This document shows, piece by piece, positions 8,779 to 17,113 of a DNA stretch of 29,992 nucleotides. Under the pieces are notes generated by a model. It worked only from the letters and a program-made list of their open reading frames with translations, had not been told where the DNA came from and made no database searches. Made by a program: the position numbers and the translations under genes. Position 1 is the stretch's first letter. Each line of letters opens with the position of its first letter. Source of the stretch: Candidatus Velthaea sp. (GTDB lineage: Bacteria; Vulcanimicrobiota; Vulcanimicrobiia; Vulcanimicrobiales; Vulcanimicrobiaceae). Location: the NCBI GenBank assembly GCA_050012475.1, contig JBEKHC010000064.1, forward strand, positions 1 through 29,992, read 5' to 3'.

Positions 8779-9741
8779 TTACGCCGCGAGCGTCGCCACC
8801 AGACCGCCGCGCATTGCCATTGTCGCTGCGCCGACGGCACCGGCGTCGTTGCCCAAGACCGCGCGGGTGAGTTTGGTCGTTCCCTTCGGGACCGTGGTCG
8901 TGCGCGCGTCGATCAGGGTGCGCAGCGGCTCGAGCATGAAATCTCCGGCGCTCGACACCCCGCCCCCCATCGCGATGAGCTCCGGATTGACGAACGCGAT
9001 CACGTTGCTCAAGCCGATCGCGAGATCGTCGATCCACTTGTTCCAAGCCGCCAGCGCATGCGGGTCGCCGGCCTGGGCGGCTTTGCGGATCGCCTTGGAC
9101 CCGAGCTTTTCCCGCGGCACGTCGAGCAGCGCGCTGCGCGGAAAGGAGTGCGCCAGCGCGAACGCGTGACGGATCAGACCCGTGCCCGAACACTGCGCCT
9201 CGAAGCAGCCGACTTTACCACAGCCGCACACGAAGCCGTTGTCGGGGCGAATGGTGTGGTGGCCGATCTCGCCGGCTCCCATCTGCGCGCCGAGAATCAG
9301 CTCGCCTTCGCCGACGATGCCGCCGCCGATTCCCGTTCCCAGCGTGAACAGCGCGAAGTTCCGCGTCCCCCGTCCGGCGCCGAACACGTATTCGCCCAGC
9401 GTCGCGCAGCGCGCGTCGTTGGCGATGAAAACCGGCAGATTGAACTTCGCGCGCATCGCGTCGCCCAGCGGAACGTTGGTCCAATTGAAGTTCGGCGACC
9501 AGCGGATCAGGCCGGTTTTCGGATCGATATTGCCCGGCGACCCGATGCCGATGCCGGCGACCGGCTTGTCCTTGGCATCGGCGATGGCGGCCGAGATCAC
9601 CGTGTCGAGCGCCGCAAACACCGCATTGGGCGAGCGGTCGGTAATGTCTTGTTCGTGCCGCATTTGGATTGCGCCGTTTTCATCGACGATCGTCGCCATG
9701 GCATGCGAGCCGCCGAGATCCACTCCGATCGCTTTGCTCAT
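8779..9741 (-). CDS. ROK family sugar kinase (glucokinase-like)
   Basis: IGVDLGG, GSPG, NDARCA, TLGTGIGGG and the Zn motif EIGH...CGCG..GCFE. No N-terminal HTH. Confidence 0.93.
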   Translation of the reverse strand: MSKAIGVDLGGSHAMATIVDENGAIQMRHEQDITDRSPNAVFAALDTVISAAIADAKDKPVAGIGIGSPGNIDPKTGLIRWSPNFNWTNVPLGDAMRAKFNLPVFIANDARCATLGEYVFGAGRGTRNFALFTLGTGIGGGIVGEGELILGAQMGAGEIGHHTIRPDNGFVCGCGKVGCFEAQCSGTGLIRHAFALAHSFPRSALLDVPREKLGSKAIRKAAQAGDPHALAAWNKWIDDLAIGLSNVIAFVNPELIAMGGGVSSAGDFMLEPLRTLIDARTTTVPKGTTKLTRAVLGNDAGAVGAATMAMRGGLVATLAA

Positions 9742-10322
9742 TGTTTCCCATCCTTCGGTATTTCGACAAAATCTTTGGGCGGATCGACGACGTTCTGGGG
9801 ATCGTCGTAACCCGCGTAGGTTCGCGTCACGTCATCGTTTACACATCGCGCAAGTCGATAACTCTTCTTGTCGTAGGCGCACGTCACGGTCACCGGCGTG
9901 CCCAAGGGAAGCGTTGTGTCGAAGGCGCCGTAGGCGACGCCTTCGATGGTGACGTCGGAATGGAGCGCGGCGACTTTGACGCTGCCGAGCGGCGCGGTGA
10001 CCGCGTTCGGATCGGGCGGAATCGCCGCCTTCTCGAAGGGAGCGCCGTTTTTACTGCTGTACGAGGTTCGCCCGATGACGATCACGTCGGTCGTGTTCGC
10101 GTAGATCGCGACCGCGAGCCGCGAGCGGTCCGGCGCCACGAAGACCAGCGTCGATGCGTAGGCCTGGGCCGGAAATTGCGTCGTCACCACGAACGACTTC
10201 GCACGCTTGAGTGCCCCGTCGATCTTTGACTGGACACCGGCCGTCGCATCGGCCCGGGCGGCGGCGGCGACCGAGCACACGCACAGCATGGCGATCGCGG
10301 TGCGGACGGCGAACTGCTTCAT
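9738..10322 (-). CDS. Secreted hypothetical protein, possible LolA/LppX-like beta fold
   Basis: Signal peptide (MKQFAVR...AARA), FVAPDRSR, VIVIGRTSY and a C-terminal Y.GYDD...VDPP pattern. Its stop overlaps the ROK start (ATGA). Confidence 0.65.
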   Translation of the reverse strand: MKQFAVRTAIAMLCVCSVAAAARADATAGVQSKIDGALKRAKSFVVTTQFPAQAYASTLVFVAPDRSRLAVAIYANTTDVIVIGRTSYSSKNGAPFEKAAIPPDPNAVTAPLGSVKVAALHSDVTIEGVAYGAFDTTLPLGTPVTVTCAYDKKSYRLARCVNDDVTRTYAGYDDPQNVVDPPKDFVEIPKDGKQ

Positions 10323-10431
10323 ACGCGCCCGTTCGCTGAGGCCGAACCTTCGTCCGCCGAAGGGCTGGCCAGCCGGTTGCCTTGGCAACGCATCGAAAAC
10401 AGGCGGGGTTCGTTCGCGGCCGATACCGAAC

Positions 10432-11145
10432 ATGCCCTCGATGTCAGAGACGATCGACCTCATCGCCAACCGCGAGTTGCGGAATCTGCGCCGGTTCACG
10501 CGCGATACGGGCCAGCCCGCGCCGCTCGACGGGCTCGATCTCGAGCCGATGCGCCACGTCAAAGAAATCGAAATTACCGACGAGCACATCACGATCCAAT
10601 ACAACGAGACGGTCAAACGGCGATACAACGCCAACGAGATCACGCATCGCGAATGGGTCTACAAATACAACGACGACCCCGAAATGGTCGCCGCGATCGC
10701 GCGCGTGATCGAGCTATCGCGCAAGCATCTCTACGACCTGCCCGAAAATATCGCGTGCCCGCCGGGCTGCGCCGAATGCTGCAGCGGCTACGAGCCGTTC
10801 GTCAACCGAGCCGACGTGCAGCGCATCGCCGATCATCTCGGCCTGACCTACGACGAGGTGATGGCCGAATACGTCGTGGCGCGCGAATCCGCCGACGGCT
10901 ACGTCGTCGGCTGGCTGCGCAAAGTCAGCGAAGACGTGAGCGACAAGTGCGTTTTCCTCAAAGGCCCGCGGTCGGGCAAGTACTATTGCGGCATCTACGA
11001 AGCACGGCCGTACGACTGTCGTGACTTCACCCCCGTCGGTTGCCAAGATGTCGACGCCAGCTTGCCGCGCGAAGGGAAGTACCCCGTCGGAGCGCCGTTC
11101 GTCCCCAAACGCCGGCGTGCGAACGGCCGCAATGGCCGCCGTTGA
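10432..11145 (+). CDS. YkgJ family cysteine-cluster (CxxCxxCC) protein
   Basis: CPPGCAECC...CVFL...CGIYEARPYDCRDF. Start is ATG 10432 or 10441. Confidence 0.88.
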   Translation: MPSMSETIDLIANRELRNLRRFTRDTGQPAPLDGLDLEPMRHVKEIEITDEHITIQYNETVKRRYNANEITHREWVYKYNDDPEMVAAIARVIELSRKHLYDLPENIACPPGCAECCSGYEPFVNRADVQRIADHLGLTYDEVMAEYVVARESADGYVVGWLRKVSEDVSDKCVFLKGPRSGKYYCGIYEARPYDCRDFTPVGCQDVDASLPREGKYPVGAPFVPKRRRANGRNGRR

Positions 11146-12661
11146 GCATTACAAGGTTGCCGTCGTCGGCGGAGGCCACAACGGCTTAGTCGCCGCGGCC
11201 TACTGCGCGCGCGCCGGGCTGCGCACGGTGCTGCTCGAACGGCGCGACGTCGTCGGGGGCGCGACGTTGTCGGAAGCGACCTGGCCCGGCTACACGGTCT
11301 CGGTCGCCGCCTACGTGTGCAGTCTGCTCGACCCGCAGGTCATCGCCGAGCTGGATCTGGCGGCCTTCGGCTACGATGCATACCGCAAGGACCCGGCCTC
11401 GTTTACACCGCTCGCCGACGGCCGTTCGTTGTTGCTCGGGAGCGATGAGCAGGCCAACGCGCGCGAAGTCGCAGCGTTCGATGAGCGTGACGCCCGTGGT
11501 TTACGGGACTTCGAGCGCGAGGCGGCGCGGTTGGGATCGCTGTTGTTCGAATCGTTCGACGATCCGGAGCCGTCGTTCGCGAAATTCGATGCGGCGACGC
11601 AAGCCATTCTGCGCGGCAGCGCGGCCGATCTGGTCGAGCGCTACGTGCGCACGCCGGTGCTGCAAGCGACGCTGGCAACCGACGGGCTCATCGGGACGGC
11701 GCGCGGACCGCGCGATCCCGGGACGGCGTACGTGCTCGCCCATCACTATGCGGGTCGCGCGCTGGGAAGCCAAGGCGCCTGGGGATTCGTGCGCGGCGGC
11801 ATGGGCGCCGTATCGGCGGCAATCGCAGCCGCGGCGCGCCGTCACGGGGCGGAACTGCGCGCAGGGGCGCCGGTCGAACGGATCGCCGTGCGCGCCGGCC
11901 GGGCCGCACGCATCGAAGTACGCGACGGTTCGATCGTCGACGCCGACGCGATCCTCGTCGGCGCGGATCCGCGGACGGCGTTCTTGCAGCTGCTCGAACG
12001 AGCGGACGTTCCCCCCGCTCTCTACGCCAAGGCGGTCGCTTGGGAATCCAACGGCGTTTCGTGCAAACTCAATCTCGCGCTGGGTGAACTGCCGAACTTT
12101 TTGGTTCGCCCGGGGACGAACGAACAACCGCACCACCGCGCGACGATCCATGTCGCGCCCTCGCTCGACTATTTGCAGACCGCCTATACCGACGCCCAGC
12201 GTGACGGAACGTCGCGCGAACCGATGCTCGAGTGCTTCATGCAAACGCCGACCGACCCGCGTCTCGCGCCCGCCGGCAAACACATCCTCTCGGTCTTCGC
12301 GCAGTATTTCCCGTATGCGCGAACGGATCGGGCCTGGCAAGCCGACGACCGCGAGACCATCGCCGACCTCATCATCGCGACGCTCGCGCGTTACGCGCCC
12401 AATATCCCGGATGCCATCGAACACCGGCAAATGTTGACCCCGCCGGACCTCGAAGCGATGCTGGCCTTGCCCGGCGGTCACATTTTTCACGGCGAGCTCT
12501 TGCCCGGGCAGATCTACGAGCAACGGTTCCCGCTGCGCACGGGCATCGACGGCGTCTACCTGTGCGGCTCGGGCACCCATCCGGGGGGCTGCGTGTCCGG
12601 ATTCCCCGGCCGCCGCGCCGCGACGGCGGTGATCCAAGACCTGGCCGTGGGCGTCATATAG
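11132..12661 (+). CDS. Phytoene-dehydrogenase-like FAD-dependent oxidoreductase
   Basis: VVGGGHNGL..A, ERRDVVGGA, GGMGAVS, GGHIFHG and LCGSGTHPGGCVSG motifs. Overlaps the YkgJ gene by 14 nt. Confidence 0.9.
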   Translation: MAAVEHYKVAVVGGGHNGLVAAAYCARAGLRTVLLERRDVVGGATLSEATWPGYTVSVAAYVCSLLDPQVIAELDLAAFGYDAYRKDPASFTPLADGRSLLLGSDEQANAREVAAFDERDARGLRDFEREAARLGSLLFESFDDPEPSFAKFDAATQAILRGSAADLVERYVRTPVLQATLATDGLIGTARGPRDPGTAYVLAHHYAGRALGSQGAWGFVRGGMGAVSAAIAAAARRHGAELRAGAPVERIAVRAGRAARIEVRDGSIVDADAILVGADPRTAFLQLLERADVPPALYAKAVAWESNGVSCKLNLALGELPNFLVRPGTNEQPHHRATIHVAPSLDYLQTAYTDAQRDGTSREPMLECFMQTPTDPRLAPAGKHILSVFAQYFPYARTDRAWQADDRETIADLIIATLARYAPNIPDAIEHRQMLTPPDLEAMLALPGGHIFHGELLPGQIYEQRFPLRTGIDGVYLCGSGTHPGGCVSGFPGRRAATAVIQDLAVGVI

Positions 12662-12742
12662 GGACAGGTTTGTTTTAGCCCGCGACACTTCGGGGAAATC
12701 GAATCGTCTTATCGTTTACTGCTATTTTCTTGAGGAGTTTTC

Positions 12743-13204
12743 ATGAAGCGAGCTCTTGCTACGGGTTTTGCCGTTACCACGGCGTTGTGTACCTTCGGCT
12801 TCGCGGGCGCGCAGAGCGCGGGAGACAAGATGAACGCCATGGGATCGTCGATGAAATCGATGATGGGCATGGGGCATACGTTCAAGCTCAGCCCGCAGAA
12901 CGGTTCAGGCGAAAGCGGCACCGCGACGCTGACGCAGCACGGCGGCGCGCTGACGGTGAAACTCACGCTCACCGGGGGCAGCGGGATGCAGCCGGCGCAC
13001 ATCCATAAGGGCACCTGTGCGAACCTCAACCCCAAGCCCGCCTATCCGCTGGCAACCGTGACCGACGGCACGTCCACGACCACGCTCAAAAACGTTACCC
13101 TGGCACAGCTCATGAGCGGGACGTACGCGATTAACGTCCACAAGTCGACGAGCGAGATCAAGGTGTACGTAGCCTGTGGAAACATCAGCAAAGGCGCCAT
13201 GTAG
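12743..13204 (+). CDS. Secreted CHRD-like / Cu-Zn-SOD-like fold protein with a Met-rich N-terminus
   Basis: GAGGAG SD, signal peptide, QNGSGESGTATL, QPAHIHKGTC and YAINVH...VACG motifs. Confidence 0.8.
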   Translation: MKRALATGFAVTTALCTFGFAGAQSAGDKMNAMGSSMKSMMGMGHTFKLSPQNGSGESGTATLTQHGGALTVKLTLTGGSGMQPAHIHKGTCANLNPKPAYPLATVTDGTSTTTLKNVTLAQLMSGTYAINVHKSTSEIKVYVACGNISKGAM

Positions 13205-13811
13205 TTCCAAACCGGTCTTCAACGAGGGCGCCGTCCCGGTTACGGCGCCCTCGCGTTTCGGCGCCCCCGCGCCGGCTGACTGTCCGGCCGACATTCGCGC
13301 GGTCATGGACGAAACGCAAGCAAAAATCGGCTTCATTCCGAACGTTTTTCTCGCTTACGCCAGGCGCCCCGAGCATTTTCGCGCCTTCATGCACTATCAC
13401 GATCTGCTCATGAAAGGGTCCAGCGGCTTGAGCCGCGCCGAACGCGAGGCGATCGTCGTCGCCGTTTCGGCCGAGAACGATTGTCAATACTGCGTTACCG
13501 CTCACGGCGCGGCGCTGCGGATCTTGGGCAAGGATCCGGCGGTCGCCGATCAGATCGCGATCAACTGGCGCACCGCCGACCTCGCGCCGCGGCTGCGCGC
13601 GATCCTGGAATTTGCTTCCGAGGTGAACGCGCCCGGATTTGCTGCTGCGGACGAACGCATTGCGGCGTTGCGCGAACGCGGTTTATCGGACGACGACATC
13701 TGGGACATCGCGGCAGTCGCGGCATTTTTCGGCTTCTCGAATCGCATGGCGGGCGCGCTGGACATGCGGCCGAACGCCGAGTTCTACGCGTTGGGCCGCA
13801 GCCAGCGTTAA
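13176..13811 (+). CDS. AhpD/carboxymuconolactone-decarboxylase family peroxidase-related enzyme
   Basis: GFIPNVF, LSRAEREAIVVAVS.ENDCQYCVTAH and FSNRMA...PN.EFY motifs. Start uncertain (GTG 13176, or nearer 13239). Confidence 0.9.
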   Translation: METSAKAPCSSKPVFNEGAVPVTAPSRFGAPAPADCPADIRAVMDETQAKIGFIPNVFLAYARRPEHFRAFMHYHDLLMKGSSGLSRAEREAIVVAVSAENDCQYCVTAHGAALRILGKDPAVADQIAINWRTADLAPRLRAILEFASEVNAPGFAAADERIAALRERGLSDDDIWDIAAVAAFFGFSNRMAGALDMRPNAEFYALGRSQR

Positions 13812-14153
13812 CCGAAGCCTTCGCATCGTCAGATTAAAATTTAATGAGATTGGCTCCAGGCGAGGCGATTTCGCGGGAGCCCATTTTTGAGCTTGAGTTT
13901 CTATAGCGTCTCTAAGCATTTCGTAGGTTTATAGTCTCAAGAAATCTCGTTACGTTTCTGGTCTGCGGGCTTGCGATCCAGCCCATTCGTCCACGCTTGA
14001 CTAGCCCGACTTCGTTGCAGCGATGGACGCCCGGAGCGGTGTCTGCAGCATGTTTGGGCAGTTTCAAAGCAGACTTGCAGAGTATTCGGCCAGCTGGAGT
14101 TTACTAATAAGGTAAGTCGCTTCGGCCCCGCGGTTCGATCGCGGTCAGTCCCG

Positions 14154-16412
14154 TTGTCGACTTCTTCTAACATACAAGGGAGCGGAAAGACTGTCGTGCG
14201 GACGATCGGTTCGAAGGCGCGGTCCGTACGGTCGACCGACGAGCCTGCAATCACTTCGCGGAGAATCGCATGGCTCGATGTTGTCAGGGCGGTTGCCTTG
14301 CTCTGGATCGTCTTCAATCATTGCGTCGAGCAACTGGTCGGCGGCGCCTTTCTTGGTAATCCGACAGCAGATTGGCCGCCGTTCGGAGAGCGCGTTGCCC
14401 AACTGTTGTCGCCGGTGGGTCACGGCTGGAGTATTCTGGGCGTGGCACTGCGCGATCTAGCGTGGCTGGGTGACGAAGGCGTGGGTTTCTTCATCGTCGT
14501 CAGCGGTTTGGGCTTGGCGTGGGGAGTGCAAGGCGCGGCCACCGCTTTCGACATACGCGACTTCCTGCGACGTCGATTGATGCGCACGCTTCCGTCCTGG
14601 TGGACCGCGCACATTGCAATCGGATTGCCGACGCTGCTTCTCGGCGGCGTTTCATTCTCGATTCTCGTACTCAGCGCGGTCGGAATTCGATTCTTGCCGT
14701 CGACCATGTACGCGATCGTGCCGGCTTGGTGGTTCATCGGTCTGCTGTTGCAGCTGTATGCGGTTTTTCCGTTGCTGTGGCTCGCCGTAGAGCGCTTTGG
14801 AGCCGGACGGATGTTCGCCGCCGCAGCCGTCATCGGCTTTGCGGCCCGCGCCCTCGGTTTGTTTGCGGCCGGCTCGTACATGGACGAGTTCTCCCGCGGG
14901 AGCATTTTCGTCACGCGCCTGCCGGAATTCGCGTTCGGCGTGGCACTCGCCGTCTGGTGTACCGGCGATCCGCGTCGGCTGACGGCGTTGGTGCGTTCGC
15001 CGCTCGTCATCGCTTCGGCCGCCGGCGCGTTTCTCGCTGGGAACGCGGCAGCGTTGACGTTGGGCGGAGAGATCGTTGCACCGCTGCTGACTTCGGCGGG
15101 TGGATTCGTGCTCATCGCAGCGGCGGCTGCCGATGTGCGGACACCCGCGTTACGCTGGATCGGGCAGCATTCCTTGTCTTTGTATCTCGTCCATCAAGCG
15201 GCGATCGTCGCGCTCGTACCGCTGCATGCCGCTCCGCTGCGCGGGTGGGCCGGCTTGACCATCGCCTTGACCGCGACGCCGTTCTTGGCTCTTGCCCTCG
15301 AACGTGCGACGGATGTACTGCAACGGACAACCTACCGGCGCAGCGCGTTGCCGCGCATCGCGGTTGGAATTGCCGCGGTCTTTGGGCTGCTCTGCGCCGG
15401 CGAATGGTCGGTGCGCCGTTTCGATCCGCAGGAGGCGTGGGGTTGGGGCGAACGTCCGTCGCTCGTCGCTGACTCGACCGTCGGTTGGAAGCTGCGCCCT
15501 TCGTCAACGACGCATCTCCGTTGGGAAAGCTACGACTACGTCGTTTCGGCCAACGCGTTGGGCTTTCCGTCGCCGGACACGCCGCGGCGCAGGGCGCCCG
15601 GCTCCAAGCTTGTAATGACCGTCGGAAATGCCTTCACCAGCGCCGAGGGCGTCGATACCAACCGCTCGTGGCCGCGTCTGCTCGAACGCGAAGATCCCGC
15701 GCTGAGCGTCGCCGATTTTGCGATAACGGGTCATGGACCCAATCAATATGCAGAGGTCGTGCGAGCGTATGGTCCTGCTCTACGCCCCGACGTCATCGTC
15801 GTCGGAGCGTATGTGAAGGACTTCGAGGACTCCCTCGTCGACGAGCGGACCTTTCAGAAAAGCATCGGCTTTGACCAGAGGTCTCCTGACAGCCCGCTGG
15901 CCTTTTTCAGCTTTCCGCAACTCTCCCGATATTTCCAAGTGCGGATCCTTCAGCCGTTGAAGGCCGCGGTACACGGCAAGCCCGATCCCGAAGGCTATTT
16001 CCTCGGCAGCTTCGAGTTTTTCGATCGCCAACACGAGGTGACGCCGCGCGAATATGCTGCCACGCGCGCCGCGTTTGCGGAGATTCGAGATACGGCAGCC
16101 AAGTGGGGCGGCCGCGTCATCATCGCGATGTTCCCCGCTGCGCCGCAAGTCTGCCGACCAAGCGAACTCGCTTACTATCCGCAGCACATCGATTGGCAAA
16201 GTCCGAGTTTCGACCTTGACCGCCCGCAGCGGCTCATGCGTCAGCTTGCGCGTGAACTCCACGTTGGTTTCATCGACGTGCGCAAGGCATTCACTGGGCC
16301 GTCGTGCGGTTACCAGCCGCGAAACATGCATCTCACCGCGACCGGGCAAGCAAAAGTAAGCGCCTTCATGCTCAAGGCGATTGCTCCCGCACTCGCTGCA
16401 TCAGCAAAATAG
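14154..16412 (+). CDS. Acyltransferase family 3 (AT3) fused to a C-terminal SGNH-like (AlgX/AlgJ-type) domain
   Basis: WLDVVRAVA...FNH, GVGFFIVVSG, RRRLMRTLP and WWFIGLLLQLYAVFP, many TM helices, then NALGFP, GNAFT, PDVIVVG and NMHLTATG. Start uncertain. Confidence 0.85.
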   Translation: MSTSSNIQGSGKTVVRTIGSKARSVRSTDEPAITSRRIAWLDVVRAVALLWIVFNHCVEQLVGGAFLGNPTADWPPFGERVAQLLSPVGHGWSILGVALRDLAWLGDEGVGFFIVVSGLGLAWGVQGAATAFDIRDFLRRRLMRTLPSWWTAHIAIGLPTLLLGGVSFSILVLSAVGIRFLPSTMYAIVPAWWFIGLLLQLYAVFPLLWLAVERFGAGRMFAAAAVIGFAARALGLFAAGSYMDEFSRGSIFVTRLPEFAFGVALAVWCTGDPRRLTALVRSPLVIASAAGAFLAGNAAALTLGGEIVAPLLTSAGGFVLIAAAAADVRTPALRWIGQHSLSLYLVHQAAIVALVPLHAAPLRGWAGLTIALTATPFLALALERATDVLQRTTYRRSALPRIAVGIAAVFGLLCAGEWSVRRFDPQEAWGWGERPSLVADSTVGWKLRPSSTTHLRWESYDYVVSANALGFPSPDTPRRRAPGSKLVMTVGNAFTSAEGVDTNRSWPRLLEREDPALSVADFAITGHGPNQYAEVVRAYGPALRPDVIVVGAYVKDFEDSLVDERTFQKSIGFDQRSPDSPLAFFSFPQLSRYFQVRILQPLKAAVHGKPDPEGYFLGSFEFFDRQHEVTPREYAATRAAFAEIRDTAAKWGGRVIIAMFPAAPQVCRPSELAYYPQHIDWQSPSFDLDRPQRLMRQLARELHVGFIDVRKAFTGPSCGYQPRNMHLTATGQAKVSAFMLKAIAPALAASAK

Positions 16413-16461
16413 CGACGGTCGTGCCTTCGCCGCCGGTCGATCGAACAGTGAAGAGCATCGC

Positions 16462-17085
16462 ATGAACGTCGCGACGCTTGCGGTCGTGTTCGCGGCGGGA
16501 TTCATCGTCATGACGCCGATCGGCCCGGTTTCGGCGATTTGCATTCGTCGCACGCTCATCTACGGACACCGGGCCGGCATTGCGGCCGGCGCCGGTGATG
16601 CCGTCGCCGTGGCAACGTACGCGACTATCGGGGCTACGGGGAGCACGCTCTTACCGCGTTTTCTCGCGCAATTCGCGGCGGTTTGGCATATCGCGATCGC
16701 CGTTGTGCTCGTTGCCGTGGCATTGCTGATCTGGCGGTCTCAGCCGGAGCTGCCGAGCACCGCGGCCCAGACCCGCGCAAACCTGGCCGGCGGCTTCGGT
16801 GCCGCGCTCGCACTTGCACTGGCCAATCCGGCGGACATCGTGTTGTTCACCGCACTGTTTGCGGGTCTTGGGATCGCACTGCATTCTCCTGCTGATTACG
16901 GCCTGTTTTCTGCCGCGATGTTTGCCGGCGGGTGTGCGTATTGGATCGCGGTTTCACTGCTCCTCGATCGCTGGCGAGCCGGACTCACACTCGCGCGGAT
17001 GGTCGGCTTAAACCGCGCGTGCTCGGCACTGATGATGATCGCGGCCATGGGCAGTCTGGTTTCACTTGCGCGAGCAACAAGTTGA
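16462..17085 (+). CDS. LysE/RhtB family translocator
   Basis: PIGPVSAICIRRTL.YG..AG...G.G.A and ALANP motifs, all hydrophobic. Confidence 0.88.
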   Translation: MNVATLAVVFAAGFIVMTPIGPVSAICIRRTLIYGHRAGIAAGAGDAVAVATYATIGATGSTLLPRFLAQFAAVWHIAIAVVLVAVALLIWRSQPELPSTAAQTRANLAGGFGAALALALANPADIVLFTALFAGLGIALHSPADYGLFSAAMFAGGCAYWIAVSLLLDRWRAGLTLARMVGLNRACSALMMIAAMGSLVSLARATS

Positions 17086-17113
17086 TTTTCGATTTGCTCG
17101 CTGGGTTCGTTCG

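Noticed and set aside
11132..12661. Calling this gene crtI or crtO (carotenoid pathway)
   Set aside because: Only family-level motifs are visible and no other carotenoid genes are nearby.
13937..14317. 126-aa minus-strand ORF in the AT-richer spacer
   Set aside because: No motifs, atypical composition, and it overlaps the acyltransferase start on the opposite strand.
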